Made by a program: the position numbers and the translations under genes. Source: a virus (taxonomy: Duplodnaviria > Caudoviricetes). From it: a DNA stretch of 39,800 nt. The notes under the pieces were generated by a model, which saw nothing but the letters and a program-made list of their open reading frames with translations, did not search any database and was not told the origin of the DNA. Below are positions 1-10,215 of this stretch, piece by piece. The stretch spans positions 1-39,800 of the IMG/VR virus record IMGVR_UViG_3300042366_000324. One strand, 5' to 3'. How positions within the stretch are numbered: the stretch's first letter is position 1; each line of letters begins with the position of its first letter.

Positions 1-127
1 GGCCTCAGCATCGTACTCACGGCAGACAACCAGTCGGCAATCGAAATGTGTCAGTATTGGCGCAAGGCGGTCAAGGGTGACTTCGAAGCGTCGCTCAAAG
101 TCTCTTCGTTTTTTTCGTCGATCATCA
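1..127. repeat. Terminal direct repeat, copy 1 (identical to 39674-39800); most likely a circular-assembly overlap
   Basis: ggcctcagca...tcgatcatca matches the last 127 nt exactly; 127 is a common assembler k-mer; an ORF reads through the junction. Confidence 0.95.
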
Positions 128-180
128 AAACAATCGAAGAACACCTTCACGAAGATGGAATCGATCCCTATGCGGAATGA
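1..180 (+). CDS. 3' part of a ~91-aa hypothetical protein spanning the circular junction (starts at 39578)
   Basis: Frame 1 reads GLSIVLTADNQSAIEMCQYWRKAVKGDFEASLKVSSFFSSIIKTIEEHLHEDGIDPYAE*, continuous with 39578-39800. Confidence 0.75.
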   Translation, partial: GLSIVLTADNQSAIEMCQYWRKAVKGDFEASLKVSSFFSSIIKTIEEHLHEDGIDPYAE

Positions 181-568
181 AGCAACCACCTGCCCTTGGT
201 CCCTCGTAGCAATCCATTGGCTTGACGCCTTTGACGGCGACAACGGATGGACAGACATCGAAAAGTACGACCCGTCAGCAACCACCGTTGTGTCCGTCGG
301 CTTTCTGTGGCCGGACTGCCTACAGGGTTACGTCACGCTCGTCTCGTCGTACATGCCAGACGAAGTACCCGACATGCTCACCACCAGTAACCCAGTACAC
401 ATCCCGACAGGGATGGTGCTGGACATCGTGCTTCTCAGCCAGCCTGCCTTTTCCTATTCTCCAGAGCAGCCCGCACCTTCGCAAACCCTTCACGCACCTT
501 CTTTGGGTCATCCGCAAACTCAGGAGAAATTTCACAATGTATCCAATCACCACCGGGCGCACCACTAA
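170..568 (+). CDS. Conserved phage hypothetical protein (W-x-D-A ... S-V-G ... I-P-x-G-M pattern, small beta-barrel-like)
   Basis: ATG at 170 overlaps the upstream ORF end; IHWLDA..GW..TVVSVGFL..HIPTGMV resembles a common aquatic phage family; 3' end overlaps the opposite-strand endolysin. Confidence 0.65.
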   Translation: MRNEATTCPWSLVAIHWLDAFDGDNGWTDIEKYDPSATTVVSVGFLWPDCLQGYVTLVSSYMPDEVPDMLTTSNPVHIPTGMVLDIVLLSQPAFSYSPEQPAPSQTLHAPSLGHPQTQEKFHNVSNHHRAHH

Positions 569-941
569 TCGTCTTGCGCTTGTAACGTGACCAACCGCCA
601 CGGTCGCACCTCCAGCCCCGACCCCACGGTTTCGGGAAGTAATCCAGTATGGCCTCAAGACCAATCTCCATCTCAAACTCTACAAGAATCCGCATGATAT
701 CAACCGCATGCTTGCGACCATTAGCCTTGCCCTTCGTGGGCATCTTCCTGTAACTCAAGTCGACAGCACGACCCGAGCCGTGAACGCTCGGTTCGCTTTT
801 CGACCTCATGTCACGAACACCAAAGTCGCCGTTATTCCACAGCGCACCATCGCTGAGGTTGATCACCTGATTGATCCACTCCTTTGTGCCCGGACGCAAA
901 CCCTTCGCAGGCACATCGCTATTCCCTGTGTACGGTTTCAT
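435..941 (-). CDS. Endolysin-like zinc peptidase (peptidase M15 / Hedgehog-DD-peptidase fold)
   Basis: SVHGSGRAVD (H-x6-D) and GDWIHCE zinc-ligand motifs; last gene of the late operon, coupled to the upstream stop (TAATG). Confidence 0.75.
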   Translation of the reverse strand: MKPYTGNSDVPAKGLRPGTKEWINQVINLSDGALWNNGDFGVRDMRSKSEPSVHGSGRAVDLSYRKMPTKGKANGRKHAVDIMRILVEFEMEIGLEAILDYFPKPWGRGWRCDRGGWSRYKRKTISGAPGGDWIHCEISPEFADDPKKVREGFAKVRAALENRKRQAG

Positions 942-3900
942 TAGTTGCCCTCCTCAAGCACCTTCTGGTTTCTCAACAACTCACGCATCGCCACCTGCAT
1001 ACGAATGTTCTCGCTCTCCTGCATCTGCGGTGTCACTTGGCGAACCGGGACACCGGTGTAGCCAAGCAGCGGATTCAGAATGCCACGCTCCTGATACGCC
1101 GGGGTGGATGGGATGAGACGCTCCGCTTGCGAGAGCGTCGGCACAAGACTACGAATCAAGTAGTAAGCCCTGTCGTCCACAAACTTCTTGCCAGTCGGCC
1201 CAGTCTCACCGTAGCCAAGCATCTGCAAGAACGGTTGCAGAACCGATGCAACACCGCCGTTGATCTCGACCGGCTCGTCCGAGAACGGACGGTTCGAGTA
1301 CAACTGGCGATCACCAGCAAGTTCAATCGGCAAACGAATCAGCGGGTTGAAGTTTGCTGCAAACCGTGCTGGGTCACGCAACTCGTTGACCTGCTGCCCG
1401 ATTCGGTTGAAACCGAAGTCGGGTGTCGCATACAGGTTTTGACCGAACGGCAACTTGAACGCACCCATCTCACGCATCCACTCCGGGACATCAACCTCGT
1501 TCTCCTCGTCACGAAGGTTGCGCTTTATCGAACCGTAGATTTGATATGGGCGTGGGTTCAGCCAGATGTTCTGAATCTGAAGCGGAAGGTTACGGCTCGT
1601 CCACATCCAGAAGGGCATGATCTGGCGCATCAGCAAGTCTGCGTTCGACACGTTCTCGTAGTCGATCAAGAAGCGACGCACCCGGGCAGACGCTGCGCTC
1701 ATGTCCATGCCGCTACGGACGCCGTCGTACGCCAGCATAAACCGTGAGTGCTGCTCAAGCCATTGACCGACCTTCTTGCTGGTCTTAGTGCCCCACAAAG
1801 CACCGTCCTTGAGGGCTTCGTCCGTCATACCGCCACCAGATGCGGCGGCAGCCAGCATCGCATCCTGCACCATCTGACGCTTCGCCTCAGGCACGGTCTT
1901 GATCCATTCATCGAACTGCTTGCCAGCACGGCTGGCCGCAGTCCACCCCTTCGAGAACTGCATCGCCTCGCCAAGATACTTCGGGTTTCCGCCAGCAGCA
2001 AACAACATGAAGCCGTTCGACATGGCGTTACGGATGTGGAATCCGGGGCTGAGCGTCGCATAACCCTTGAAGAACTTCGTGTACCCAGTCAAGAACTTGC
2101 TGAGTTCACGCACAATCAACGGGTCCTGCGCCCTGTGCACGTTCTGAACAATCTCAGCCAACTCCTTGCGAACACCAATGTTCGGATAGAAGCGACTCAA
2201 CTGCACAAAGCCCTCATCAAAGTTAGTCACCACGTTGACAGCACCAGCCCACGACGCCACAGGTGCCGCCTCCATCGCCTGCATCGCAGCCTTCGGATCT
2301 TTGCCAACCATCTCCTTGATGCCCTTCAGCATCAACTTCTCCTGCTCGGCAACATCGAGCGCAGCCTTGGCCTCAAGCGCTGCGCCACGAGACTTCACAT
2401 ACGCAGTCAGCATATCTTTGACCGGTTTCTCAAGGTCGGTCTTTTCAATGAGCGGCATCAAGAATGCCGTCTCATTCAAGAACTCATCCATCTCCTCGGT
2501 CCAAGCCAAATCCTTCTTCTTGATACCATTGCGAATCTGCGTGTTCTTCTTCGCAAGTTCACGCACAGTCTCAATCTGCTTGAGCGCATCCTCAAGACTC
2601 TTTTCAGCATCAACCCTGACCGTGGTGGACAAGTCAAACATGCTCTTGGCTTTTGTCACGGCCTCATTCAACACAGCCCACTTGTCCATAACTTTCTTCT
2701 CTGCGGCATCCATTGCGGTTCGAGCACGATCAACAGTAACCATTTGCTTCTCAAGTTGCTTGGCAAGACTCAACTGCTCACGAATCTTCGATGTGCTTGG
2801 CAAACCTAGGGCTGCAGCCTGACGGTCACTAATCTTTGACAAAGCCTGAACAGCCTCAATCGCCTCCTGCTGTGCGGTACGCTCAGACAGAATGTCGAAC
2901 TCCAACTTGTTCAACTGCTGAACAAGATCACGCATCCGCAACTGCTTTTCGGTGAGGCCGTTCAGATTGAACGCCTCAGCCGTACCGAACAACTCCTCAG
3001 ATATCTTGAAGTATTTGCGGCTACCACGAGTCTCGGTAATCTGACCCTCGAGCGCCGTTTTTGCGGCACGTGCCCCGGCAACGTCCGCCCCCTTGACCTT
3101 GGGCAGCGGCTTGCCGGTAACACCAGAAGCCTTGCTGATGATGTCCTGAATATCCGACACCGTTCGACCAATCTCAAGTTCCTTGATCTCGCCACGCTTG
3201 TCAGCGATCTCCCTGAGGATCTGCCTCTTCTGTGCTCGCAACCTAGCGCCCTTCTCAGCCCAGTTCGGACGAGAGTTGATATCGGACTGAACCTTGGCCT
3301 GCGCCTCGGCAACTTCCTTCAGGTGCAAACCTTCCGGGCTGGACTCAAACTCCGAGGACAGCAACTTACGGCGAGAAGAAATCTTGAACGACACATCCTT
3401 CTTCTTGCCCTGAGCAAACACTCGCAACGCATCATCTGCGGTGCGATACTCACGGCCAGTAACCTCACGCACAGAACGCTTGGCTGCAGTATCAAGAATG
3501 CCAGCAGACTCAACAGGGAACACACGGGCGGTACCCGGGACCGCACGGGTCTGCGTCTTAGCAAGCGTGTTGTTTACCTGATATTCCTGAGACTCAAAGT
3601 TATCGAACAGGAACTTGGCCTTCTTCAACGCCGAGTCACGCAAACGCTCCTCGTTGATGATCGACTCAATCTCCTGCATCTTTGTGGTTATCTCTGCAAT
3701 TTTGGCGTTGTTATCCGCAACACGCTCTGGAGTCCAGTTCGCATACGTGGCACTTGACTTCTGTCCAACACGAGCGTTCAACTGACGTTGAAGTTCGGTG
3801 TACTCGGAATACTTGGCACTCAGTTCACCATTCGACAAACGCTTAGACCACAACGAGTTGAACTCGTCACGGGTAAACCGGAAATCATTCGGAGCCTTGA

Positions 3901-6900
3901 TACGACCCTCAGCCGCAGCCAACTGTGTACGCAGTTTCAACAGGTCGGCATCATGCTCGGCAATCTGCTGATTGATATGCGACAACTGTCCCTGCAACAT
4001 CGTCATACGCTGACGAGTGTTGCGATCAAACGTCTCCGGACGCAAACGGCGAGGAGGATTCAACTTACGCTGAATCGAAGAAGCCTGATCACGAAGAGAA
4101 CGAATATTCTGCTCGACACGCTTGATGTGGAACGAGTTCACATTCAGAATCTCGCCACGGGTCACAGGGATACCGGCATCAAGGTTCGTCAAACGCCAGT
4201 TGACATTCCCGATTGTGTTCGCATCAAACGAAGCCAACTGCACCAAAAAGTCATGGAACCTTTGACGCTCAACCGCTCGAAGATGCACCTCACCACCCGT
4301 GAGTTCATCAAGCCTCTTTACCGCAGCCCGAGCCTCACGGCGAGCCGCCTGCACGGCTTTGGCCTGCAGCGGCGTCGGACCAGACTTCTTGGCGGCAACA
4401 TCCGCCAGTTCTTTTTCCTTCTTCCCAACCTGCTTGGCAAGACGGTCTGCTTCCTTGATCTTGTCATCAAGCACATCGATTGCCAACTCCAACTGATTGG
4501 CGTACGCCCTCGGACCGTAAATGTTGTCGGCAAACGAGAACGTCGTATTGCCGGAATCGGTGATCGTTCCACGCATCACCTGATCGGCAGGAATGAACTC
4601 AATATCGTCGGAGATTGATTGCAGCCGCATCAAACGAGACTTTGCAGTCTGCTTGACCTTGCCCAACACCGAACGATCCTTATCGATCGTGACCGTAGGA
4701 CGTGTCGAACGTGAACCCTTTACCGGGGTGGCACCCTCTGCAAGCAACTGGCCTGCTTCGTTCACGAGGTTGCCGTTTTCGTCCACAAGTTCGTGGGCAC
4801 GGTTGACGAGTCGACCATTCATGTCGACACGGCGACCAAGCGCATCCTCCGTGTAGTTGGCAAACCGTGCAATCTTCGGATCAACCTGACGCAACTTGTT
4901 GCCCTGACGCTTCACCGTCGTGTAACCCTGACGCACGTCGAACTTCACGCCACCCAGCAAGTCGGCAAAGAATGCGTCCACAGAGGTGGGGCCACCACGC
5001 AACGCAGATTGCAACGACCCGGCAATGCCGTATGCGTCACCCATGCGAACGATGTTCTTCAGCACCGTCTCGTTTGTGCGTGTGTTCTTGCTGTCGCTGA
5101 TACGAGCAATAGCCCTCTTCGCCTCGTCGCTACGCTCCTTGACGGTCGACTTGACGGCGTTGTATTGGCGGTCAAGGAAGTTGATCCGCTCAATCTGCTC
5201 TGGCGTTGCTTTGCCACTATCGGCAAAGTTACGCAACTTCTTGATGTTGGCATTCACCTGCGAGGCAATCGAATCCATGCGAGCGGCTTGGGACTCACGT
5301 GAACCAATCTGACGAATCGAAAGGTTCTGTACTTCGTCAGCGGTAAACCTACCGTCCATCGACACGGCACGGGCACCACGGGTAATACGACGTCCGGTTT
5401 CTGCGCCAAAGTCTGCTACCAGACCAAACTCTTCCATCATCTTGGCGGAGTTGAAAGCAACCTCGTACCCACCCTCAACGCTGAAGAACGCACGACCAGA
5501 CCGCATCGAGTCACGGGTTTTCATAACCACGGCCTCGATCTCTGGGAACGTCGCACGAAGCGACTGCGCTTCGGCGACACGGGTTGGATCATTAAACACG
5601 GACATCAGTTCGTTCAAAAGGAAAGCGTTCTTGTCACGACCCTTGTACGCCATTACACGATCACGAAGCCCCACCAAAACACCCTCGGCTTCCGCTACGT
5701 CCTGAACAAAACCATCCGCAATCTCAAGGTCATACTTCGCTGTGGTCGCAACCAGACGGTTATACATCTCTTCGGTTGGAACAAGACCATAATCTGCGGC
5801 GGCAGCAACCTGCCGACGGAACTGCATGCTCACCTGCGAATGCAGGTAATACTCGGACACAGCCTCGGCAAACTCTTCGGCAAACTCACGGTACGACCCG
5901 CCGATAACCGTCTCTACTGCTTCACGCTCAACGTCGGTCAACTTAGACAAACCGCTGTCACGGCTCTTGATGGCCTCGTTCAACCTGCGGTTGACAGAAG
6001 CAAACTCTTTCTCAAGGTTTGCAGCCTGTGCTCGCAAATCATCCGCCTCACCACCAAGAAAACCAACCGTCTCAATCTGGTTGTCAATCTCATTCAACTC
6101 ACGAAGCAACTCATCGTTCTTCGCCTGAAGTTGCGTTACTGTTTCGTCTGCCTGCCCACGGGCAGCACCCGCTGCACGTTCAATCTTCGTAGAAGTTGTC
6201 TTAGCACCCTTGATCTCATCGTCAATAATCTCGGCCTTCTTCACCAACTTCTTCAACTTGTCCAACCGAGCCATGTACTGCGGATCAGTAGCAAGCACTC
6301 CACCATTCAGTACGGTGTCACGGGCAACCAAAAACGTCGCAGCCTTGTGCAAGCCATTCAGATCAGATGTCGACGAGAATCCAGATCCTATAATCTCACG
6401 GATCTCCTGCATTGTCATCTTCTCAAGTGTCGAAGCCTTGAACTTGCCCTTAGGGTCAATCTCACGGCGCAGGGCGGCAACAGCCGGGTCAACATTCTCA
6501 CCAGCCCACGGTGCGAAGCCCCGTGCTTCACGGGTGCGACGCACACCAATAAACTCTTTACCATCTTCGTACGGCTTCAAGATGCCGAGGATCAGGTCGC
6601 CGCTTCCACCGGACTTTGCCCCGTGTGGGTCAAGCATAAACCCATCGAAGTCGTTTAGGAACCTGTCCTGATCGATCAGAATGTTTTCCCACTTGGCACC
6701 CATCGTCGAAATCTCGTCATCGAGGTTTGCGATCTGGTTCATCAGATTCATAACCTCTTCTTCGAGCGTCCTCGGCTTTGCCGAGTCGCCAGCAATGTTC
6801 GCCTTCAGCACATCACCCTTGATGGTCGTCAAACCTGTCGGGCTGATCTCATTCTGATAGTTGACAACAATGTAGTCAATCTGGTCGAGCACATCCTGAT

Positions 6901-8929
6901 GCGCTTTCACCATGTTCTGATGCTGCAACTGCAACATCTCAAGAATCTCAGACTGCTCCTCAAACTGATTCGCAAACTGACGCCAAGAGTTCTGCAGGTC
7001 TGTGATCGTCTCATCAAGCAAAGCACGAGCAGAGGTGAGCCGAGCCTCGGCCACATCTGCGGTCGGGATGCTCTTCAAGGTGCTCTTTGCATCCTTGACG
7101 GTCTGAGCCAGCGGTCCGACCGGGCGTGACTTCGTGGCCTTTGCACGGGTCGTGTAGTCAAATGCCTGCGACAACAACGTGCCGAGTTGACGCCCCTTGG
7201 TGTAAGCGTCGTTCATCGACATGCTTACATTGTTTGCAGCAGTCTTTACGGCCTTGCGTGTTGCCTGATACATCTCATCGTTGAACTCGATGCCCATCCG
7301 ACCAATACGCAAACCATCCTGAGCCATCAACTCTTCCATGTACTTGGCAACACCGATCTGCTGACCGTAGTAACCCGTGTACCTGTCAAGAATCTTCTTG
7401 ATGTCCGTCTCAAAGAAATCAAAGTTCAACCCGGTTCGTTCCCGGAACAGTTTGTTCAACTGCTGAATACCGCCATCAATATCCTTTTGCGTCAACGGCT
7501 GACCGAACCACTCCGAACCCTTACGAAGATTTCGTGAACGAAACGAAGCAGCATTGTCCGTCATGTTTACTTCGAGATACTGGCGAACCTGCTTCGCATA
7601 CGGCGAAGCGAGGTCGTTCATCATGTCCAAACCTTCCTTCGACGCAACGTGCGGAAGGTAATCCTCGATAAAACCAAACCCCTCAAAACTTGGATCAATA
7701 GCCTTATGCGCCGCCTCCACATCACGGTGCATCTGCTCAAGCACCGGACGGATCTTCTCGTACGCCCTAAGTTCGGCGGCAGTAGGCGTAATGCCCTGCT
7801 CGGCCCACTTCGACTGCGGCGTATCCAACAACCTGAACACACTCTTGCCAGCAACATCAATCTCCGGGTCCTCAAACACCGGTCGGATGTACTTCACCGC
7901 ACGATCGATAGCAAAAGACTTTTGTGCACGAAGAGTGTCCTGTGCCGCAAACTCGCCAACAAAAGCGGCAGCCTGCTCCGGCGAAGCCTTGCCCGTAGCA
8001 AGAGCAAACCGTTCCGCCGATGTGTCCGTAGCAGCGTTAGCACCACGCAAAGCAAACTGTCGACCCAACTTCTCGCCAACAGAACTATCGAAGAAACCCA
8101 AACGGGTCTTTACAAGCCCCTTGCCGATTGCATCGGCGATGGGGCCAGTAAACGGAACACGAACACGAGAACCGAAGTAGTAGATACCAGAACGCCCAAG
8201 CCCCATGTTGTTGGCGATGTCCGCAGGCACAGCCGTGCGGCCACGTGCAGCAATGTTCTTCACAATGTCATCGGTGGCACCCATCTGCTTGGCGAGACGA
8301 GCCAAAGCAAATCGTCCCTCTGCGCCAGCCAACGTCTTGACACCCAAGGCTGCACGAAGAGACTTGCCTGCGTACAGTCCGCCCTTTACCACCGCCTTTG
8401 CTGGCACAGCGGCACCAATCGTGGCGTACGTTATCGGGTCAAGAGCAACGTCACCAATAAAACCAACGATGCGTCCGCCCCAGCCTTCCATAGGGAAGGC
8501 GGTGCCGAAACCGTAGTTCACATCTTTGGCCTGCTTGAAGAAATCGCCAAACGACGCTTGCGTCGCTGGGTCGGTATCAACAAGATCGGTGAGTTCACGC
8601 ACAGCAGAGATGACCCCACGGCGAGGCAAGTCAATAGTCTGCAAGCCACCCAACACAACCTTCGAGATCGGGTTGTCGACAAGTACCTTCCCCAACGTGC
8701 CAAGCGCACCCGGCGGCTCAGACTTGCCGGCAGCAATAGCGTTGATCTTGTCTGCCAACTCTGGAGCACGACGCAAAGCATCGAGACGCAAGTCATTCGT
8801 TGTTCGACGAGCGGCAGCAGCCTGCGAAGTCCCCGGAGTGTACCGCTTATTTTGCTCTACGCTTCTAGAGGTTGTGCCCGCCTGACGCAGCGCATTCAGT
8901 ACCGCATCAAGATTCTGCTGGTCAGCCAT
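941..8929 (-). CDS. Giant internal virion (ejection) protein, 2662 aa, with LPD38-like C-terminal region
   Basis: Position after the nozzle and smaller internal proteins; long helical/coiled-coil body; N-terminal GFIGDVALDPITY; C-terminal FLIDY..MRQIMPFWMW motif typical of podovirus ejection proteins. Confidence 0.75.
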   Translation of the reverse strand: MADQQNLDAVLNALRQAGTTSRSVEQNKRYTPGTSQAAAARRTTNDLRLDALRRAPELADKINAIAAGKSEPPGALGTLGKVLVDNPISKVVLGGLQTIDLPRRGVISAVRELTDLVDTDPATQASFGDFFKQAKDVNYGFGTAFPMEGWGGRIVGFIGDVALDPITYATIGAAVPAKAVVKGGLYAGKSLRAALGVKTLAGAEGRFALARLAKQMGATDDIVKNIAARGRTAVPADIANNMGLGRSGIYYFGSRVRVPFTGPIADAIGKGLVKTRLGFFDSSVGEKLGRQFALRGANAATDTSAERFALATGKASPEQAAAFVGEFAAQDTLRAQKSFAIDRAVKYIRPVFEDPEIDVAGKSVFRLLDTPQSKWAEQGITPTAAELRAYEKIRPVLEQMHRDVEAAHKAIDPSFEGFGFIEDYLPHVASKEGLDMMNDLASPYAKQVRQYLEVNMTDNAASFRSRNLRKGSEWFGQPLTQKDIDGGIQQLNKLFRERTGLNFDFFETDIKKILDRYTGYYGQQIGVAKYMEELMAQDGLRIGRMGIEFNDEMYQATRKAVKTAANNVSMSMNDAYTKGRQLGTLLSQAFDYTTRAKATKSRPVGPLAQTVKDAKSTLKSIPTADVAEARLTSARALLDETITDLQNSWRQFANQFEEQSEILEMLQLQHQNMVKAHQDVLDQIDYIVVNYQNEISPTGLTTIKGDVLKANIAGDSAKPRTLEEEVMNLMNQIANLDDEISTMGAKWENILIDQDRFLNDFDGFMLDPHGAKSGGSGDLILGILKPYEDGKEFIGVRRTREARGFAPWAGENVDPAVAALRREIDPKGKFKASTLEKMTMQEIREIIGSGFSSTSDLNGLHKAATFLVARDTVLNGGVLATDPQYMARLDKLKKLVKKAEIIDDEIKGAKTTSTKIERAAGAARGQADETVTQLQAKNDELLRELNEIDNQIETVGFLGGEADDLRAQAANLEKEFASVNRRLNEAIKSRDSGLSKLTDVEREAVETVIGGSYREFAEEFAEAVSEYYLHSQVSMQFRRQVAAAADYGLVPTEEMYNRLVATTAKYDLEIADGFVQDVAEAEGVLVGLRDRVMAYKGRDKNAFLLNELMSVFNDPTRVAEAQSLRATFPEIEAVVMKTRDSMRSGRAFFSVEGGYEVAFNSAKMMEEFGLVADFGAETGRRITRGARAVSMDGRFTADEVQNLSIRQIGSRESQAARMDSIASQVNANIKKLRNFADSGKATPEQIERINFLDRQYNAVKSTVKERSDEAKRAIARISDSKNTRTNETVLKNIVRMGDAYGIAGSLQSALRGGPTSVDAFFADLLGGVKFDVRQGYTTVKRQGNKLRQVDPKIARFANYTEDALGRRVDMNGRLVNRAHELVDENGNLVNEAGQLLAEGATPVKGSRSTRPTVTIDKDRSVLGKVKQTAKSRLMRLQSISDDIEFIPADQVMRGTITDSGNTTFSFADNIYGPRAYANQLELAIDVLDDKIKEADRLAKQVGKKEKELADVAAKKSGPTPLQAKAVQAARREARAAVKRLDELTGGEVHLRAVERQRFHDFLVQLASFDANTIGNVNWRLTNLDAGIPVTRGEILNVNSFHIKRVEQNIRSLRDQASSIQRKLNPPRRLRPETFDRNTRQRMTMLQGQLSHINQQIAEHDADLLKLRTQLAAAEGRIKAPNDFRFTRDEFNSLWSKRLSNGELSAKYSEYTELQRQLNARVGQKSSATYANWTPERVADNNAKIAEITTKMQEIESIINEERLRDSALKKAKFLFDNFESQEYQVNNTLAKTQTRAVPGTARVFPVESAGILDTAAKRSVREVTGREYRTADDALRVFAQGKKKDVSFKISSRRKLLSSEFESSPEGLHLKEVAEAQAKVQSDINSRPNWAEKGARLRAQKRQILREIADKRGEIKELEIGRTVSDIQDIISKASGVTGKPLPKVKGADVAGARAAKTALEGQITETRGSRKYFKISEELFGTAEAFNLNGLTEKQLRMRDLVQQLNKLEFDILSERTAQQEAIEAVQALSKISDRQAAALGLPSTSKIREQLSLAKQLEKQMVTVDRARTAMDAAEKKVMDKWAVLNEAVTKAKSMFDLSTTVRVDAEKSLEDALKQIETVRELAKKNTQIRNGIKKKDLAWTEEMDEFLNETAFLMPLIEKTDLEKPVKDMLTAYVKSRGAALEAKAALDVAEQEKLMLKGIKEMVGKDPKAAMQAMEAAPVASWAGAVNVVTNFDEGFVQLSRFYPNIGVRKELAEIVQNVHRAQDPLIVRELSKFLTGYTKFFKGYATLSPGFHIRNAMSNGFMLFAAGGNPKYLGEAMQFSKGWTAASRAGKQFDEWIKTVPEAKRQMVQDAMLAAAASGGGMTDEALKDGALWGTKTSKKVGQWLEQHSRFMLAYDGVRSGMDMSAASARVRRFLIDYENVSNADLLMRQIMPFWMWTSRNLPLQIQNIWLNPRPYQIYGSIKRNLRDEENEVDVPEWMREMGAFKLPFGQNLYATPDFGFNRIGQQVNELRDPARFAANFNPLIRLPIELAGDRQLYSNRPFSDEPVEINGGVASVLQPFLQMLGYGETGPTGKKFVDDRAYYLIRSLVPTLSQAERLIPSTPAYQERGILNPLLGYTGVPVRQVTPQMQESENIRMQVAMRELLRNQKVLEEGN

Positions 8930-8938
8930 TGACCAAAC

Positions 8939-10198
8939 CTACTTTCTAAAGGCTCGTGCCGCTAATGCTTGACGTACAATCGCATCACCCAAAGGTGTGC
9001 GACCCGACTCAGCCAAACGTCCAGCCAACGTGTTAGCGAGAGCCGCCGCATACTGGCGGTTGTACTCCTCACCACCACGCATACGGCTAACCTCACCAGC
9101 AACGTCGGCAAGCAACTTGTTGCGAGCCGCCGTAGCAGACTTGCTAACAACCATCTTCTTGCCGGTTTCAGCCGGAGTTGGAACAGTTTCCTGCTTGGCC
9201 ATCTTTTCGCTCTGAGTTTCCGGACGATACGTCGCAATGTTCTTCAACGTCACCAAACCCTCAAGACCCGGCACAGCAGCCCGAGCCAAACCGCCCAGCA
9301 TCTTCCTCCAAGGAACATCAACGCTGCCAGATTGAGTCAAATCCCCAACCAACTGAGCAGAACTAGCAATCTCATCCTGATACGCCTTGTTCGCCTGAAC
9401 CTGCTTCGGATCATTCCGATCCGGACGCAGCACCTGTTCCTGAGTAACACCATAACGATTCGCAATACCGTTAGTCACAGCAGCAACAGCAATCGGATCT
9501 GTGGTCGCCCTGCGGGTCTGCTCACGCACAACAGCAGCCTTCTCCGTCTTAGCGGTCTTAGGCTTATCCTCACGCATCACCGGAGCCTTACCAGCATCCT
9601 GAATACGCTTCAACATCGCCTGAATCTCGGCTGGCGGATTCGCAATCTTATTGCCGATATCCGCAAACGCCTCAGGCATCAAACGAACAACATCCTCCGG
9701 CGAATACCGTGCCTGAGCACTCGGCAACCCACGCTCCTGAAAGTAGTCCTTCTGCTCCAACTGCTTCGAGATAGCGTTCTGAGCCTTCTGATTCTCAGCA
9801 GCGATCTCGTCCACAAACGAGAGCGCCTCCTTCGACGTCAACGCACCAAAAACTTCCGGGTTGTCGTTGTACTGTGCAATCAAATCTTCCTTGACACGGT
9901 ACGCAGGAATGCCCGACGCAATCTGTCCAGCGGCCACCTTGCGCCAAGAACCCTCGGGCTCCATCTCCTGAATAGACAACAGCGTCGGAGCCTCACGGGC
10001 GTAAATCTCACCCTCCGACATCTGTGGCTCGCCTTGATAGGTTCCGGCCACAAACGACAAAAACGGGTCGTTCAAAACATTTGAAAGATCAATCCCGCCC
10101 TTTTTGCTACCCAAGATTCTCGCAAGAATTGAAAGGGTTTGGGCGTCTAGACTAAACGGCGCTTGTGCGCCCGTTCCCTGTTCGTTTTCTCCGGCCAT
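8939..10198 (-). CDS. Putative internal virion protein (419 aa)
   Basis: Ala/Gln-rich helical ORF in the ejection-protein position. Confidence 0.6.
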   Translation of the reverse strand: MAGENEQGTGAQAPFSLDAQTLSILARILGSKKGGIDLSNVLNDPFLSFVAGTYQGEPQMSEGEIYAREAPTLLSIQEMEPEGSWRKVAAGQIASGIPAYRVKEDLIAQYNDNPEVFGALTSKEALSFVDEIAAENQKAQNAISKQLEQKDYFQERGLPSAQARYSPEDVVRLMPEAFADIGNKIANPPAEIQAMLKRIQDAGKAPVMREDKPKTAKTEKAAVVREQTRRATTDPIAVAAVTNGIANRYGVTQEQVLRPDRNDPKQVQANKAYQDEIASSAQLVGDLTQSGSVDVPWRKMLGGLARAAVPGLEGLVTLKNIATYRPETQSEKMAKQETVPTPAETGKKMVVSKSATAARNKLLADVAGEVSRMRGGEEYNRQYAAALANTLAGRLAESGRTPLGDAIVRQALAARAFRK

Positions 10199-10215
10199 AA
10201 CTAATGCTCCCTTTG

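Noticed and set aside
941-8929. Giant protein as a virion RNA polymerase
   Set aside because: No recognisable single-subunit RNAP or DxDGD motifs by eye; a structure search is still needed to exclude a divergent enzyme
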